From Centroscyllium fabricii (taxonomy: Eukaryota): 64,000 nt of DNA. The DNA lies in assembly GCA_051313645.2 (NCBI GenBank), contig JBNRSN020000003.1:215822001-215886000 (forward strand). Direction: 5' to 3'. Positions within the stretch are counted from its first letter, which is position 1. Every line of letters begins with the position of its first letter. Below are positions 48,381 to 60,480 of the stretch, piece after piece. Under the pieces are notes generated by a model, which was given only the letters and a program-made list of their open reading frames with translations, ran no database searches and was not told the DNA's origin. Position numbers and translations under genes: made by a program.

Positions 48381-49184
48381 ATCTGAAAAGATCAGTCATT
48401 ATCTGATTGAATGGCGGAGCAGGCTCGAAGGGCTGAATGGCCTACCCCTGCTCCTATCTTCTATGTTTCTATGTTTCTATGTCCTCCCACAGAGTAGGCA
48501 TTAGGGGTAAGTATTCCAATTGGTAGGACATCACATGACGAATGATGTTCCGTCAGGCAAAATCAGCATTGTAGTGCTACAATCAATATTGTTGCTACCC
48601 AACATTTCCATAGTTAGGTTAAAAAGGATCGTAACCTAACATCAGGCTGGGGAACATGCATTTCTTCTGTTTTTAATGGGCTTGCAAATCCAGAGAGGCT
48701 CTCTGTGGCGAATCATTTGAATGCTGGGTCTTCTGATGCTCACAGCTAGTTGTTTGGACAAATGTTCAGCAAAACAGATGTAAATATATTTCAGATAAAA
48801 TCTTGTAAGAAACACCAAATCCAGAACAAACAGCTCATTTCCATCTCTATCTAACAATGAACAGAAGTAATTATGAATCGCCCTTGTGCAAGCACTCAGT
48901 GCCTGTATTATATACTCATTGCCTTATCCTCGTGCTCCCACAAAGTGTTTCCCCTGTGGCTACAGCTTCAGAGGTGGAAGACTGTTGAGCTTCCATCGAG
49001 GATACTTCAGATGGTCATGGTGAGTGACCTTTAGCAGCTGTAGGACTTGAGGGTCCGGCTGCAGACTGCAGCACCTCTGCATGGGCTGGGCAGTCTGGTC
49101 CAGCTGACTGTGTAGCACTAACAAGGGCACTGGCACAATGGGTGGCTGGGTGTAGCTATGCTGTCACCGAGAGAGGACAGTAGG

Positions 49185-49413
49185 TGTAATGATATTGAGA
49201 CTTCCGGCAGGAAGTCGGATGAACTCTGCTTATGAACTTCCAGTGACATCACTTCCTGTACATGTCACTTCCTGTGTAGTAGTATAAATTCTGCTGCTAT
49301 TCAGTCTGAGATAGTGCTTCTCTATGTAAATATGTTAAAACTCTCAACTCTGTAAATAGCTGATTAAAGCTTTGCTTAAAGTATTTGATGTGTAAGTCGC
49401 TTTTGTCACATCA
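49185..49413 (+). mobile_element. Solo LTR
   Basis: TG...CA, TSD GTAGG, TATAAA and ATTAAA. Confidence 0.85.
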
Positions 49414-50384
49414 GTAGGTACGTCTCAAATAGAACCAAGGCCACTCTCCTGGGACTGCGATTTCAGCACTCCTGCATCTGTGCAAGAGCAAAGTGCCAGA
49501 GTGACATGATGCTCTGGAAGCCCCTGACAACAGTGGCCCCCAAGCCAAGATAGCAGCAGTCTGAGCTTCCATGGCAAATGTGACAGCTGTCTGGAGAGGC
49601 TCCATGATGGCGGGCACCGCTGTCAGGTTAATGGAGCTGCCTGCCATGGTCATGTTGGACAGAATGGTCTCCAGGCGTTGCGTAAAGCTTTGGCATAAGT
49701 TGGAGCTGGACACCTCCATACTCTGCAACATTGTCCGTCAACACACTGGCAGGCTGCCCAGTTCACCTAGCATTTCCTGGTATCTGCTCATCAGCCTTCT
49801 TCAGTAAGCGGAGTACTCAAAGTCAGCATCTGAGTCCTCTGCAGCAGACCTAGTATACAATCTTGCCCTCCAGCGAGCTGGCATCTGTGATGTTCTATCA
49901 CTCTGCCCTAGCTCTTGCACATTTGTGGTCGGTGATTCACTATGTGAAGGCGCCTCCTCTAGCCTAGCCTCTAATGGTTGTGAGCTGGTGCTTGCGAAGG
50001 TGAGAGCAATTGATGCAGCATCTTCAGGAGGGCTGGCCTCCTCTTCTTCTGCTGGAAGATGGGTGTCCACATTTCCAGCACCTGAAGTGAAAGAGAGGGA
50101 GATGGATTAGCTTTTAGTGTAAATGGAGAGCAGAGAGGAAGAAGTGTTTGGTGAAATCATCTGCAGTTTATCACGCAGAGTGTGTAGGGTAAGATAGAAG
50201 TAAGAAGAGGAAAGGAGGATAAGGTGTGAAGAAATCCTGTGCAACGTCTCCTCCAGCATTGCCAGTCACCACAGCCTTAACTCTGCTCCTGCTCACACTG
50301 GTAGTGACAGAGGTATGAGCACAGATTAAGAGAACAGTATCCTTATCTTGACAACTCTGGTGAGGGCATGTATTGGTAACTTGG

Positions 50385-51473
50385 GTACATAACTGGCCAA
50401 GGGATAGGAGGCAGCGAGTAGTGGCAAATGGATGTTTTTCTGATTGGAGAGAAGTATGCAGTTGGGTCCCCCAAGGTTCGGTATTATGACCATTGCTTTT
50501 CTTATTATGTATAAATAACCTGGACTTGGGTATAGACAGTATAATTTTGAAATTTGCGGATGATACAAAACTTGGCAACAGAGTAAATAGTGAGCATGAT
50601 AGTAGCAGACTACGGGAGTACATAGACAGACTGGTAAAATAGGCAGACACATGTCAGATGCAATTTAATGTGGATAAGTATGAAATGATGCACTTTGGGA
50701 GTAACAACATGGAGAGGCAGCGTAATCTAAATGGTATTATTTTGAGGAGGGTGCAAGCGCAGTGGAACCTGGGATGCATAATCACAAATCTTTGAAGGTG
50801 GCAGGGCAATTTGTTAAAGTGGTTAAGAAAGCGCATGGGATACTTACCTTTGTAAATAGGGGCATTGAATACAAAAACAAGGAAGTCATGCTAAACCTTT
50901 ACAAGTCTCTGGTTAGGCCTCAGTTGGAATATTGTGTACAATTCTGGCACCACACTTTGGAAAGGATGTCAAGGCCCTGGAGAGGGGGCAGAAGAGGATT
51001 ACCAGGATGATACCAGGGCTGAGGGACTTCATTTATGAGGACAGATTAGACAAGGTGGGATTGTTCTCCTTACAGCAGAGAAGGTTAAAGGGAAACCTAA
51101 CAGAGGCATTCAAAATTATGAGGGGTTTTGATACAGCAAGTAGAGAAAATCAGTTTCCTCTGGCAAGTGAGTCGGCAACCAAAGGTCATAGATTTAAAAT
51201 AATTGGCAAAAGAACTAGAGGGGAAATTAGGAGAAATGTTTCACACAGAGGGCTGTTAAGATCTGGAATGCACTACCTGAAAAGGTGGCGGGATCGGATT
51301 CCATAGGATCTTTCAAAAGGCAATTGGACATGTACTTGAAGAGGACTAATTTGCATGATTATTGGGAAAAAGCTGGGGTGTGGGACTAAATTGGACAACT
51401 CTTTCAAAGAGTCAGCACCGACACAACAGGCTGAACGGCCTCCTATTGTGCTGTAAGATTCTATGATTCTATG
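50385..51473 (+). mobile_element. Old CR1 3' fragment
   Basis: KFADDTK, LVRPQLEYCVQFW, (ATTCTATG)n tail. Confidence 0.85.
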
Positions 51474-52024
51474 ATTTAACCTTTTGCGACATTGCAACCA
51501 TGTCCTTGAAGCTAAGCTCGTGACATTGACCTCCTTTGCAGCCTCTCCCCATCCTTCTCCCATTCACTTTCTGCACCAGGCCCTCTAAGGTAGCATCAGG
51601 AAACCTTGGTGCCTTCTGAGGGCTTGCTGCAACCATTTCTCTCTTTAGAAACTTTCCCTGTTGTCTGCAGCCAGAGTGCAGCTCCCCTTTAAGAGGTGCT
51701 GGCTACCTTTAAGTGGTGTCTGGCCAGTGGGTTGTGGCTATCTGGCCTCCCAAGCAAGCATGCAGCCAATGAAATAGTGCAGGTAGCGCTGGCTGAACAT
51801 CGGAGTCATGATAATGAGCAGGCAGCACGAATATTAAGTTGTGCCTGGAACAACACCAACAGGCACATGCAGTGTGCCCTCTGCATGCTCCTCTTTGATT
51901 GTGAATGCATTTCTAGGCCATGCTATCTATCTTTCTTAAGTTTGTTTGCATGGTTCCTTTGCTATTAAAATAAAAAAAAGAAAATGCTACAGAAAGAAAT
52001 GGACAAGGTGAGCTTAAAAATATC

Positions 52025-52884
52025 GGGCCAGAAATTCCAGTGTGCCGGTTTGTACGGGTGCAAGGACCATGCGGACACCTATAGCACCGCACCACCATTG
52101 CACTTTTTTTACGTCCAGACCTTCCTGTTGGCTCCGCCCTGTTCCTGCGCTGCGTGGCAGTCCAGCCACGCTAGGAGCGCAGTATATGCGCTGCCGTCGT
52201 GCGTGCGTAGCACTGATGCCCCGCCCACAGATCCCTAATTTAAATATAAAACGCCCCCTGCTTCACAGTCGGACTTCTTAGAGAGCAGGGACGTGAGGCC
52301 GTTATTAGGACGATGCCCACTGCTGCACCCACAGACTCGGCAGTGAGTACCGCGGCCAGAGCAGCTTTTCAATGGAGGTAAATCTTAGCGATTTTTTCTC
52401 TTAGTTTTTTAAATTAAGGAAATAGTTAAAAATTTCAGAACTTTAAATTTAAAAATAAGCGATTTGGAATAGGCATAGCAATTGAAATTCAGATTTATTT
52501 ATTTTTTTTAAACTTTAACAGCCAAATTTAATGATAGCGATCTGGCCACATTACTCCAAAAAATTGATAAATACTTAAAATTAAAGGTAAAAAAGTCAAT
52601 TACCTTGTTTAGGAATGCACTGCTCTCCCTCACGCACGAGTTACTATTGCTTTTCTCCCATGCAGCTCAAGGGCCACTTGCCCACAGATTCACGCACCAA
52701 TTATCACCCTTTTCAATTGGGATTTTTGGGTGTAACTGACTCCTGCGTGCGATGCTGAGGGCCCTTCTCCCTCAGAATCGGAAAGCTCCGATCCGTGCGC
52801 ATGCCACGTGCGATCGATTGCACGGGGCATTTGGCCCCCCTCCGTGCGGGTGCAGCTAGTCCCAGGCACCCGAATTTCTGGCCC
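52025..52884. mobile_element. MITE family C, second copy
   Basis: TIR GGGCCAGAAATTC, TSD ATC, colinear with 32272-33088. Confidence 0.9.
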
Positions 52885-53751
52885 ATCATTTTTTTCATTT
52901 CCTGTTTAGTACCCTCACTGATCCCACTTTTACCTGTGTTTCCTAGCAACGATGCATTCACATGAATCAGAACATAATAATGTAATTTTTCAAATGTCTT
53001 GGTGGATAATAAATAAATAAAATATGATGAAAGAGGATTAAATTGTTTATTCATCCAATAAAAATCCATGGCACTTAATGATGGCATACAATAACTGAGT
53101 CTCAATTATTATTGGTTCTCAAAGGGGTCCATCAAGTTATAACTGAATACATCCACACATGCTATTTTAATCTGAATCATTATCCTAGTTTCTGGTATGA
53201 AGCCCCATCTAGAAACCTTGTCGAAGAGCACCGTTAATTGCAGAAGTCTTCTGTGAGATGTGAGGTGGAACTGCAGGGTTGTCTCCATGACGACCAAAAG
53301 GACTGGATCAGTAATAAGTTGTTGGATGGTTACAAGCTGCTCTCAGCAGGTACCAATAGTTAGAGAATTGTTTTTCAGCAGGCTGACGCAGCTACAGAAA
53401 CATTCTGAAAATCTTAAAATGATAGCAATATTAGCCATTTCAGCTGCGTTAGGTTCTGCATCAGAATTTATTTCCCCCACTATATTATGAAAAATTATAT
53501 GATAAATGAGAGTTTGCCTTGACTAGAGATGAAATGATTATGACTTTCCAGCTCTACTATTCAGATAAGCCTGAATATTAGCAAAATGCAGACTGGGTAG
53601 ACTTTTATTAAAATATTGAAAAGTTCCTACAAGGTGCTGAAAAATGAAGAAGTAACCTATTTCTAGAGTGAAAGGGTGAAAGTCACCCTCTTCTTCTATC
53701 TGGAGTGAAGTATTTGTAAAACTTTATCAATTAGCCCAGTGTCACCATGAT

Positions 53752-54290
53752 GTCTGTACTTCCTAAGGAAGCTGAAGAAAGCCAGGCTGTCATCCGGCAT
53801 CCTCTCCAACTTCTACCGCTGCACAATAGAAAGCATACTGACAAGCTGCATCACTGTCTGGTATGGTAATTGCACTATCTCGGACCGGAAAACCCTGCAG
53901 CGGGTAGTCAAAACTGCCCAACGAATTACCGGTACACAGCTACCGTCAATGGAAAGCATCTACCTCAAATGCTGCTTACGGAGGTCTCAGAACATTATTA
54001 AAGACCCCACACACCCCAGCCACAGTCTGTTCGCCCCCCTGCCCTCCGGGAGACGCTACAGAGCAATTCGAACCCGCACGACTAGATTTCAGAACAGCTT
54101 CTTCCCCAGGGCTGTCAGCCTCCTGAACTCTAAAAAGAAACTCCGGTACCTGCACGTCTGATAATGTACTTTACTGTATGCAATTTGCATGTAATTTATT
54201 TATTTGCACTACTCTCGGGAGAGTCGAGTCTTCGTCTCGTTGTATTGTACTAGTACTCTGCAATCACAATAAAACTTGAATTGAATTGAA
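53752..54290 (+). mobile_element. Rex1/Babar LINE 3' fragment
   Basis: LYFLRKLKK...FYRCTIESILTSCITVWYGNC...; (ATTGA)n tail. Confidence 0.88.
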
Positions 54291-54621
54291 TGTCATTACT
54301 TCTTTTACCTTATAATGGATTCCAAATTATTATTTTCCAACACATTAAAAGGTGCAGAGCTCCAAAGTCACAATGTTCCTCTGTGCTCTCGTGCAGCTCT
54401 CAAAAACTTTACGTGGACTTTTTCTATGTTGTGAAAACTAGGTGCAGCCTAAAAAAATGGAAATGTTGCAATTGTGGTACTAAATTGTTAAATTAAAACT
54501 AAAAAGCATCTATCTGTTACAATAATAAAAACTAGTAATTTTTACTAGGCGGACCTGCAAGGAGTCAGCAGCAGCGAGGAGGCATAAATACAGCGGGAGG
54601 CCGAGGACAGCACGGACCTGC

Positions 54622-54892
54622 TGACGTATCGTCAATTAAGACAAAAGACGAGTAGTTACCTTAACTATAGGCTTTTATTAACTTTATAATGGAGCTAGTC
54701 TCCAGTCGAGTTCAAGGCGAGAATGAGCGGGGGCAGGGCAGCCCTCACTTACAAGCTCCCACCTGAGGGGAGGAGTTAGAGGTGTGGCTGACCTGGCCTT
54801 ACATACAGTATACAGGTATGTGTGACCCCACAGTGTACAAGTCCCACCAATGCACTCGCAACTATATACAGTTGGTAATAACGGTTACCACA
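54622..54892 (-). mobile_element. Solo LTR of the Gypsy 1 family
   Basis: TSD CCTGC; homologous to 3375-3611. Confidence 0.9.
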
Positions 54893-55295
54893 CCTGCGAG
54901 GAGTCGGCAGCAGCAACGAAGAGGCATACATACAGCGGGAGGCCGAGGACAGCGCGGACCTGCGAGGAGTCGGCAGCATTAAGGAGGCAGATACAAATCC
55001 GGCGAATTCCAAAATAACAGCAAAATCAAAGAGTGACGTCACAGGACTGCAGGAAAGTGTCCGAGAGCGCGAGCGGTCAAACAACAACAACTGCGAAACC
55101 GCTAAAATCACCTCACAACCAGAGAAGTAGCTGATTGGTAAATAGGACCTGGTGAGTATTTCTACAGTCCAGTCAATAAAGTTAAATTAATGTCTCTAGG
55201 TTAGAGTAAGTAGTGTTTAAAGGGAAGTAAGGTCCCTAGTATATTTAATATTCTTTAATATAAAGGAAGTAAAGGGAATAAATTAAGGGTAGGAC

Positions 55296-56238
55296 ATGGC
55301 AGGGCAGCTCGGCTGTGTGGAGTGCTCCTCCTGTGCTATTTGGGAAGTCAGGGACACTTTCGGTGTCCAGGGCGAACACATGTGCAGGAAGTGTCTCCAG
55401 TTGCAGCGACACAAAATCCGTGTTTCGGAGCTGGAGGTGCAGCTGGAGTCACTGTGGAGAATCCGTGAAGCTGAGATCTTTGTAGATAGCATGTTTAACA
55501 AGTTGGTCACACCGCAGGTAAAGAGTGCACAGGCAGACAGGGAATGGGTAACCATTAGACAGAGTAAAATAACTAGGAAGGTAGTGCAGGAGTCCCCTGA
55601 GTCCATCTCCCTCTCCAACAGATTTTCCATTTTGGATACTGCTGGGGGAGATGGTTTCTCAGGGGAATGCAACAGGAGCCAAGTCCGTGGCATTATGAGT
55701 GGCTCAGCTGCACAGGAGGGGAGGAACAAGAGTGGGAGAGCAATAGTGATAGGGGATTCTATCGTAAGAGGAACAAGTAGATGTTTCTGTGGCCGCAGAC
55801 ATGACTCCACGGTAGTATGTTGCCTCCCTGGTGCTGGGGTCAAGGATGTCACTGCACGGCTGCAGGGCATTCTGAAGGGGGAGGGCGAACAGTCAGAGGT
55901 CGTGGTTCACATTGGTACCAATGACATAGGTAAAAAGTGGGATAAGCTCCTGCAACAAGAATTTAGGGAGCTAGGTAGCAGATTAAAAAGCAGATCAAAG
56001 ATTGTAATCTCTGGATTGCTCCCAGTGCGACGTGCTAGTGAGTATAGGAATAGGAGGGTAGAGCAGGTGAATGCATGGCTAAAGGTGCCAGAGGGAGGGC
56101 TTTAGTTTCCTGGATCACTGGGTCTGCTTCTGGGGAAGGTGGGACCTGGACAAGTCAGACGGGTTGCACCTGAACCGAAATGGGACCAACATCCTTGCAG
56201 GGAGGTTTGCTAGTACTGTTGTTGGAGGTTTAAACTAA
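55296..56238 (+). pseudogene. CR1 ORF1 (zinc finger and SGNH esterase), one frameshift near 56085
   Basis: CSSC..CRKC, GDS, HIGTND; DGLHLN...GGLN* in the shifted frame. Confidence 0.9.
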
Positions 56239-57325
56239 CATGGCAGTGGGATGGGATACAGAGTGGAGCTATAGTAGCAGGTGATGCACAGCCAAATATA
56301 GAGGAAAAAACAAGTCAGCCTGGACGGCAGAGCAAATATGTATTGGGACAAGGGAGTATGGCAAGGCTGGATGGCATTTATTTTAATGCAAGTTGTCTTG
56401 TGAGTAAGGCAGATGAATTAAAGGTGCTGAACACATGGGAGTATGATATTGTTGCTATCACAGAGACATGGTTGAGGGAGGGGCAGGACTGGCAGCTCAA
56501 TATTCCAGTGTATAGAATCTTCAGGCGAGACAGAGGGGGGAGTAAAAGAGGAGGGGGAGTTGCAACATTAATCAAGGAGTCAATTACTGCTGTAAGGAGG
56601 GATGATATCTTAGCAGGTTCCTTTAATGAGACCATATGGGTAGAACATAAAAACAATAAGAGAGCAAGCACTTTGTTGGGAGTGTACTATAGGCCCCCAA
56701 ACAGCCAGGGGGAGATAGAGGAACAGATATGTAGGCAAATCTTAGAGAAGTGTAGAAATAATAGGGTAATAATAGTAGGGGATTTCAACTTCCCCATTAA
56801 CTGGGATAGTCAGAGTGTGAAATGCTTAGAGGGTGTGGAATTCTTAAAGTGCATACAGGAGAGCTTTTTGAGCCAGCATGTAGAAAGTCCTACAAGAAAG
56901 AGGGTGGTACTGGACCTAATTCTAGGGAATGTAGCCAGGCAAGTGATAGAAGTGTTAGTAGGAGAGCATTTTGGTGACCGTGACCATAATTCGGTGAGAT
57001 TTAAGTTAGTCATTGAAAAGGACAAAGATGGACCGGAAATAAAGGTTCTAAATTGGGGGAAGGAAGATTTTAATATGATAAGGCGGGATCTGGCCAAAGT
57101 CGACTGGGATCAGCTACTTGTAGGAAAATCCACATCAGAGCAGTGGGAGTCTTTCAGCGAGGGAATAAAGAGAGTACAACACACCAACATGTTCCCGTAA
57201 AGGCCAAGGGTGGGACCAACAAGCCCAGGGAACCCTGGATGTCAAGGGATATACAAGAATGGGCTAGGAAAAAAAGGGAGGCTTTTGGCAGATACAAAGG
57301 ACTAAAGACAGAGGAAGCCCTAAAA

Positions 57326-59420
57326 AGCCCTAAAAAGGTGACTCAACTGTGGATAACAAGGGAAATTAGGGACAACATAAAATCCCAAAAAAGGACATAT
57401 CAATTGGCCAAAAAAAGCACCAGACCTGAAGATTGGGAGCAGTTCAGGAAACAGCAAAGGAGGACAAAGGGATTAATCAGGAGGGGGAAAATAGATTACG
57501 AAAGTAAGCTTGCGGCAAACATAAAAACCGACTGCAAAAGCTTTTATAGGTATATCAGAAGGAAAAGATTGGTAAAATCCCAAGTCGGTCCCTTGCAGTC
57601 CGATTCAGGGGAATATATAATGGGGAATAAGGAAATGGCAGACCAATTAAATTCATGTTTTGGTTCTGTCTTCACAAAGGAGGACATGAATAACCTCCCT
57701 GGGATAGCGGGAAACATAGGGACTAATCCAAGTGAGGAGCTGACAGAAATCAGTATTTTGAAGGATATGGTGTTGGGGAAGTTGAAGGGAATGAAGGCCG
57801 ACAAATCCCCAGGGCCTGATAATCTACATCCTAGGCTACTTAAGGAGGTGGCCCTGGAGATAGTAGATGCTTTAAGGATCATTTTCCGGAACTCGATAGA
57901 CTCAGGAACAGTTCCCATGGATTGGAGGGTAGCTAATGTTACCCCACTACTTAAAAAGGGGGGTAGAGAAAAAGCAGGGAATTATAGACCAGTAAGCCTT
58001 ACATCAGTAGTGGGCAAAATGCTAGAGTCCATTATTAAGGATGTAATAGCGGAGCACTTGACAAATAGGGACGGGATCGGACAGAGTCAACATGGATTTA
58101 CAAAAGGTAAATCGTGCTTGACTAATCTATTGGAATTCTTTGAGGAAGTAACTGGTAAAATAGATGGGGGAGAGCCAGTAGATGTGGTGTACCTTGACTT
58201 CCAGAAAGCCTTCGATAAGGTCCCACATAAAAGATTAGCATGCAAAATTAAGGCTCATGGGATTGGGGGCAAAGTATTGACGTGGATAGAGAACTGGCTG
58301 GCAGATAGAAAACAGAGAGTTGGAATAAACGGCTCATTTTCTGAGTGGCAGGCGGTGACTAGTGGGGTGCTGCAGCGATCTGTCCTGGGACCCCAGCTGT
58401 TCACAATATATATTAATGATCTGGACCATGGAATTGGATGCAACATCTCCAAATTTGCAGACGACACTAAACTAGGAGGGGGGGTGGGCTCTGAAGAGGA
58501 TGTCAGGAAGCTCCAGTGCGATTTGGACAAGTTGGGGGAATGGGCAGATACATGGCAAATGCACTATAATGTGGATAAATGTGAGGTTATCCACTTTGGG
58601 GGCAAAAACAGGAGGGCAGATTATTATTTAAATGGCAATAGATTGGGAGATGGGGAAGTGCAGAGAGACCTGGGTGTTCTTGTGCACCAGTCACTGAGGG
58701 CGAGCATGCAGGTGCAACAGGCGGTTAAGAAGGCAAATGGTATGTTGGCCTTCATATCAAGAGGGTTCGAGTATAGGAATAGGGATACCTTACTACAGCT
58801 GTACAAGGCACTGGTGAGACCACACCTTGAGTATTGTGTACAGTTGTGGTCGCCTCATCTGAGGAAGGATGTTCTTGCCATGGAAGGAGTGCAGCGGCGA
58901 TTCACCAGGATGATACCTGGAATGGCAGGAATGACCTATGAGGAGAGATTGTGTAGTTTGGGCTTGTACTCACTGGAGTTTAGAAGATTGAGAGGGGATC
59001 TCATCTAAACATATAAAATTCTGACAGGCCTGGACAGGTTAGATTCAGAAAGAATGTTTCCAATCGCGGGGGAGTCCAGAACCAGTGGCCACAGTCTAAG
59101 AATAAGGGGTAAACCATTTAGGACAGATATGAGAATACATTTCTTCACCCAGAGAGTGGTGAGCCTGTGGAATTCCTTGCCACAGAGGGCAGTGGAGGCC
59201 AGTTCATTAAATATATTTAAGAGGGAATTGGATATATTTCTTCAGGCTAAAGGGATTAAGGGTTACGGAGAGAAGGCGGGGACGGGGTACTGAACTTGAA
59301 AGATCAGCCATGATCTCAGCCAAAGATCAGCCATGATCTCATTGAATGGCGGAGCAGGCTCGAAGGGCCGAATGGCCTACTCCTGCTCCTATCTTCTATG
59401 TTTCTTCTATGTTTCTATGT
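57326..59420 (+). mobile_element. 5'-truncated CR1 (same family as 43293-48481) nested in ORF2 of the other CR1
   Basis: Sequence switches to KKVTQLWITREIRDN matching ~46420; intact FADD; own tail; host resumes at 59421. Confidence 0.9.
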
Positions 59421-60480
59421 ATAGAACGTGCAGGGGGTACTTAAAAAAGAAATTAGGAGAGTGAAGAGGGGTCATAAAAAAACACTGGTGGGCAAAATAA
59501 GGGAAAATCCCAAGGTGTTTTATAAGTATATTAAGGGCAAGAGGATAAGCAGGGAAAGAGTAGGGCCCATTAGGGACCAAAGTGACAATCTCTGTGCAGA
59601 GCCGGAAGATGGTGAGGTTTTAAATGAATATTTTGCATCTGTGTTCACTATGGAGAAGGACGATGTAGGCAAAGAAATCAGGCAGGGGGAATTGTGATAT
59701 ACGTGAACAAATTATTATTGAGAGGGAGGAGGTACTAGCGGTTTTAGCGGGCTTAAAAGTGGATAAATCCCTAGGCCCAGATGGGCTGTATTCCAGGCTG
59801 CTGTGTGAGGCAATGGCGGAGATTGCAGGGGTTTTGACACAAATTTTCAGAACCTCTCTGGGCACAGGGGACATGCCAGAGGACTGGAGGACAGCCAACA
59901 TAGTACCATTATTCAAGAAAGGTAGTAGGGATAAACCAGGGAATTACAGGCCAGTGAGCCTGACATCAGTGGTAGGGAAATTATTGGAACAAATTCTGAG
60001 GGACAGAATTAGCCTCCACTTGCAGAGGCAAGGATTAATCAAGGATAGTCAGCATGGCTTTGTCAGGGGGAGATCATGTCTAACCAATTTGATTGAATTT
60101 TTCGAGGGGGTGACTAGGTCTATGGATGAGGGTAGTGCAGTTGATGTAGTCTGCATGGACTTCAGTAAGGCTTTTTACAAAGTCTCGCATGGGAGACTGG
60201 TCAAGAAGGTAAGAGCCCATGGGATCCAGGGTAATTTGGCACATTGGATCCAAAATTGGCTTAGTGGCAGGAGGCAGAGGGTGATGGTCGAAGGTTGTTT
60301 TTGTGACTGGAAGCCTGTGTCCAGTGGTGTACCGCAGGGGTCGCTGCTGGGTCCTTTGCTATTTGTAGTGCACATTAATGCTTTAGAAATGAATGCAGGA
60401 GGTATAATCAGTAAGTTTGCAGATGACACGGAAATTGGTGGAGTGGTGAATAGCGAGGAGGGAAGCCTCAGGTTAGAGGA

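Larger units (their letters stand above)
43293..48481 (+). mobile_element. Near full-length CR1 LINE with tandem-monomer 5' UTR
   Basis: Monomers, ORF1, APE endonuclease and RT, (TTTCTATG)n tail. Confidence 0.95.
35460..48491 (-). mobile_element. CsRn1-clade Gypsy A (outer, deleted); its 5' LTR is split by Gypsy B and a CR1
   Basis: 4-bp TSD GAGT; 3' LTR from 35460; 5' LTR pieces 38740-38896, 43212-43292 and 48482-48491; CFYHAQFG gag motif, LCDAGA, RNase H and integrase ORFs. Confidence 0.88.
48880..51860 (-). pseudogene. Second Harbinger Myb/SANT gene remnant (no transposase seen), with nested LTR and CR1
   Basis: WGEAAKEVN...SRTWLQCRKRLN at ~51475-51560; exon 3 at 48900-50082 resembles 11900-18692; upstream ccctttaag motifs as at 19858. 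Confidence 0.7.

Noticed and set aside
53180-53350. Coding-looking stretch ending in CAG|gtacc
   Set aside because: In-frame stop, no convincing acceptor and no recognisable protein
57143-59008. 621-aa ORF as an intact ORF2
   Set aside because: Chimera of two CR1 families; it lacks the endonuclease and has a premature stop at 59006
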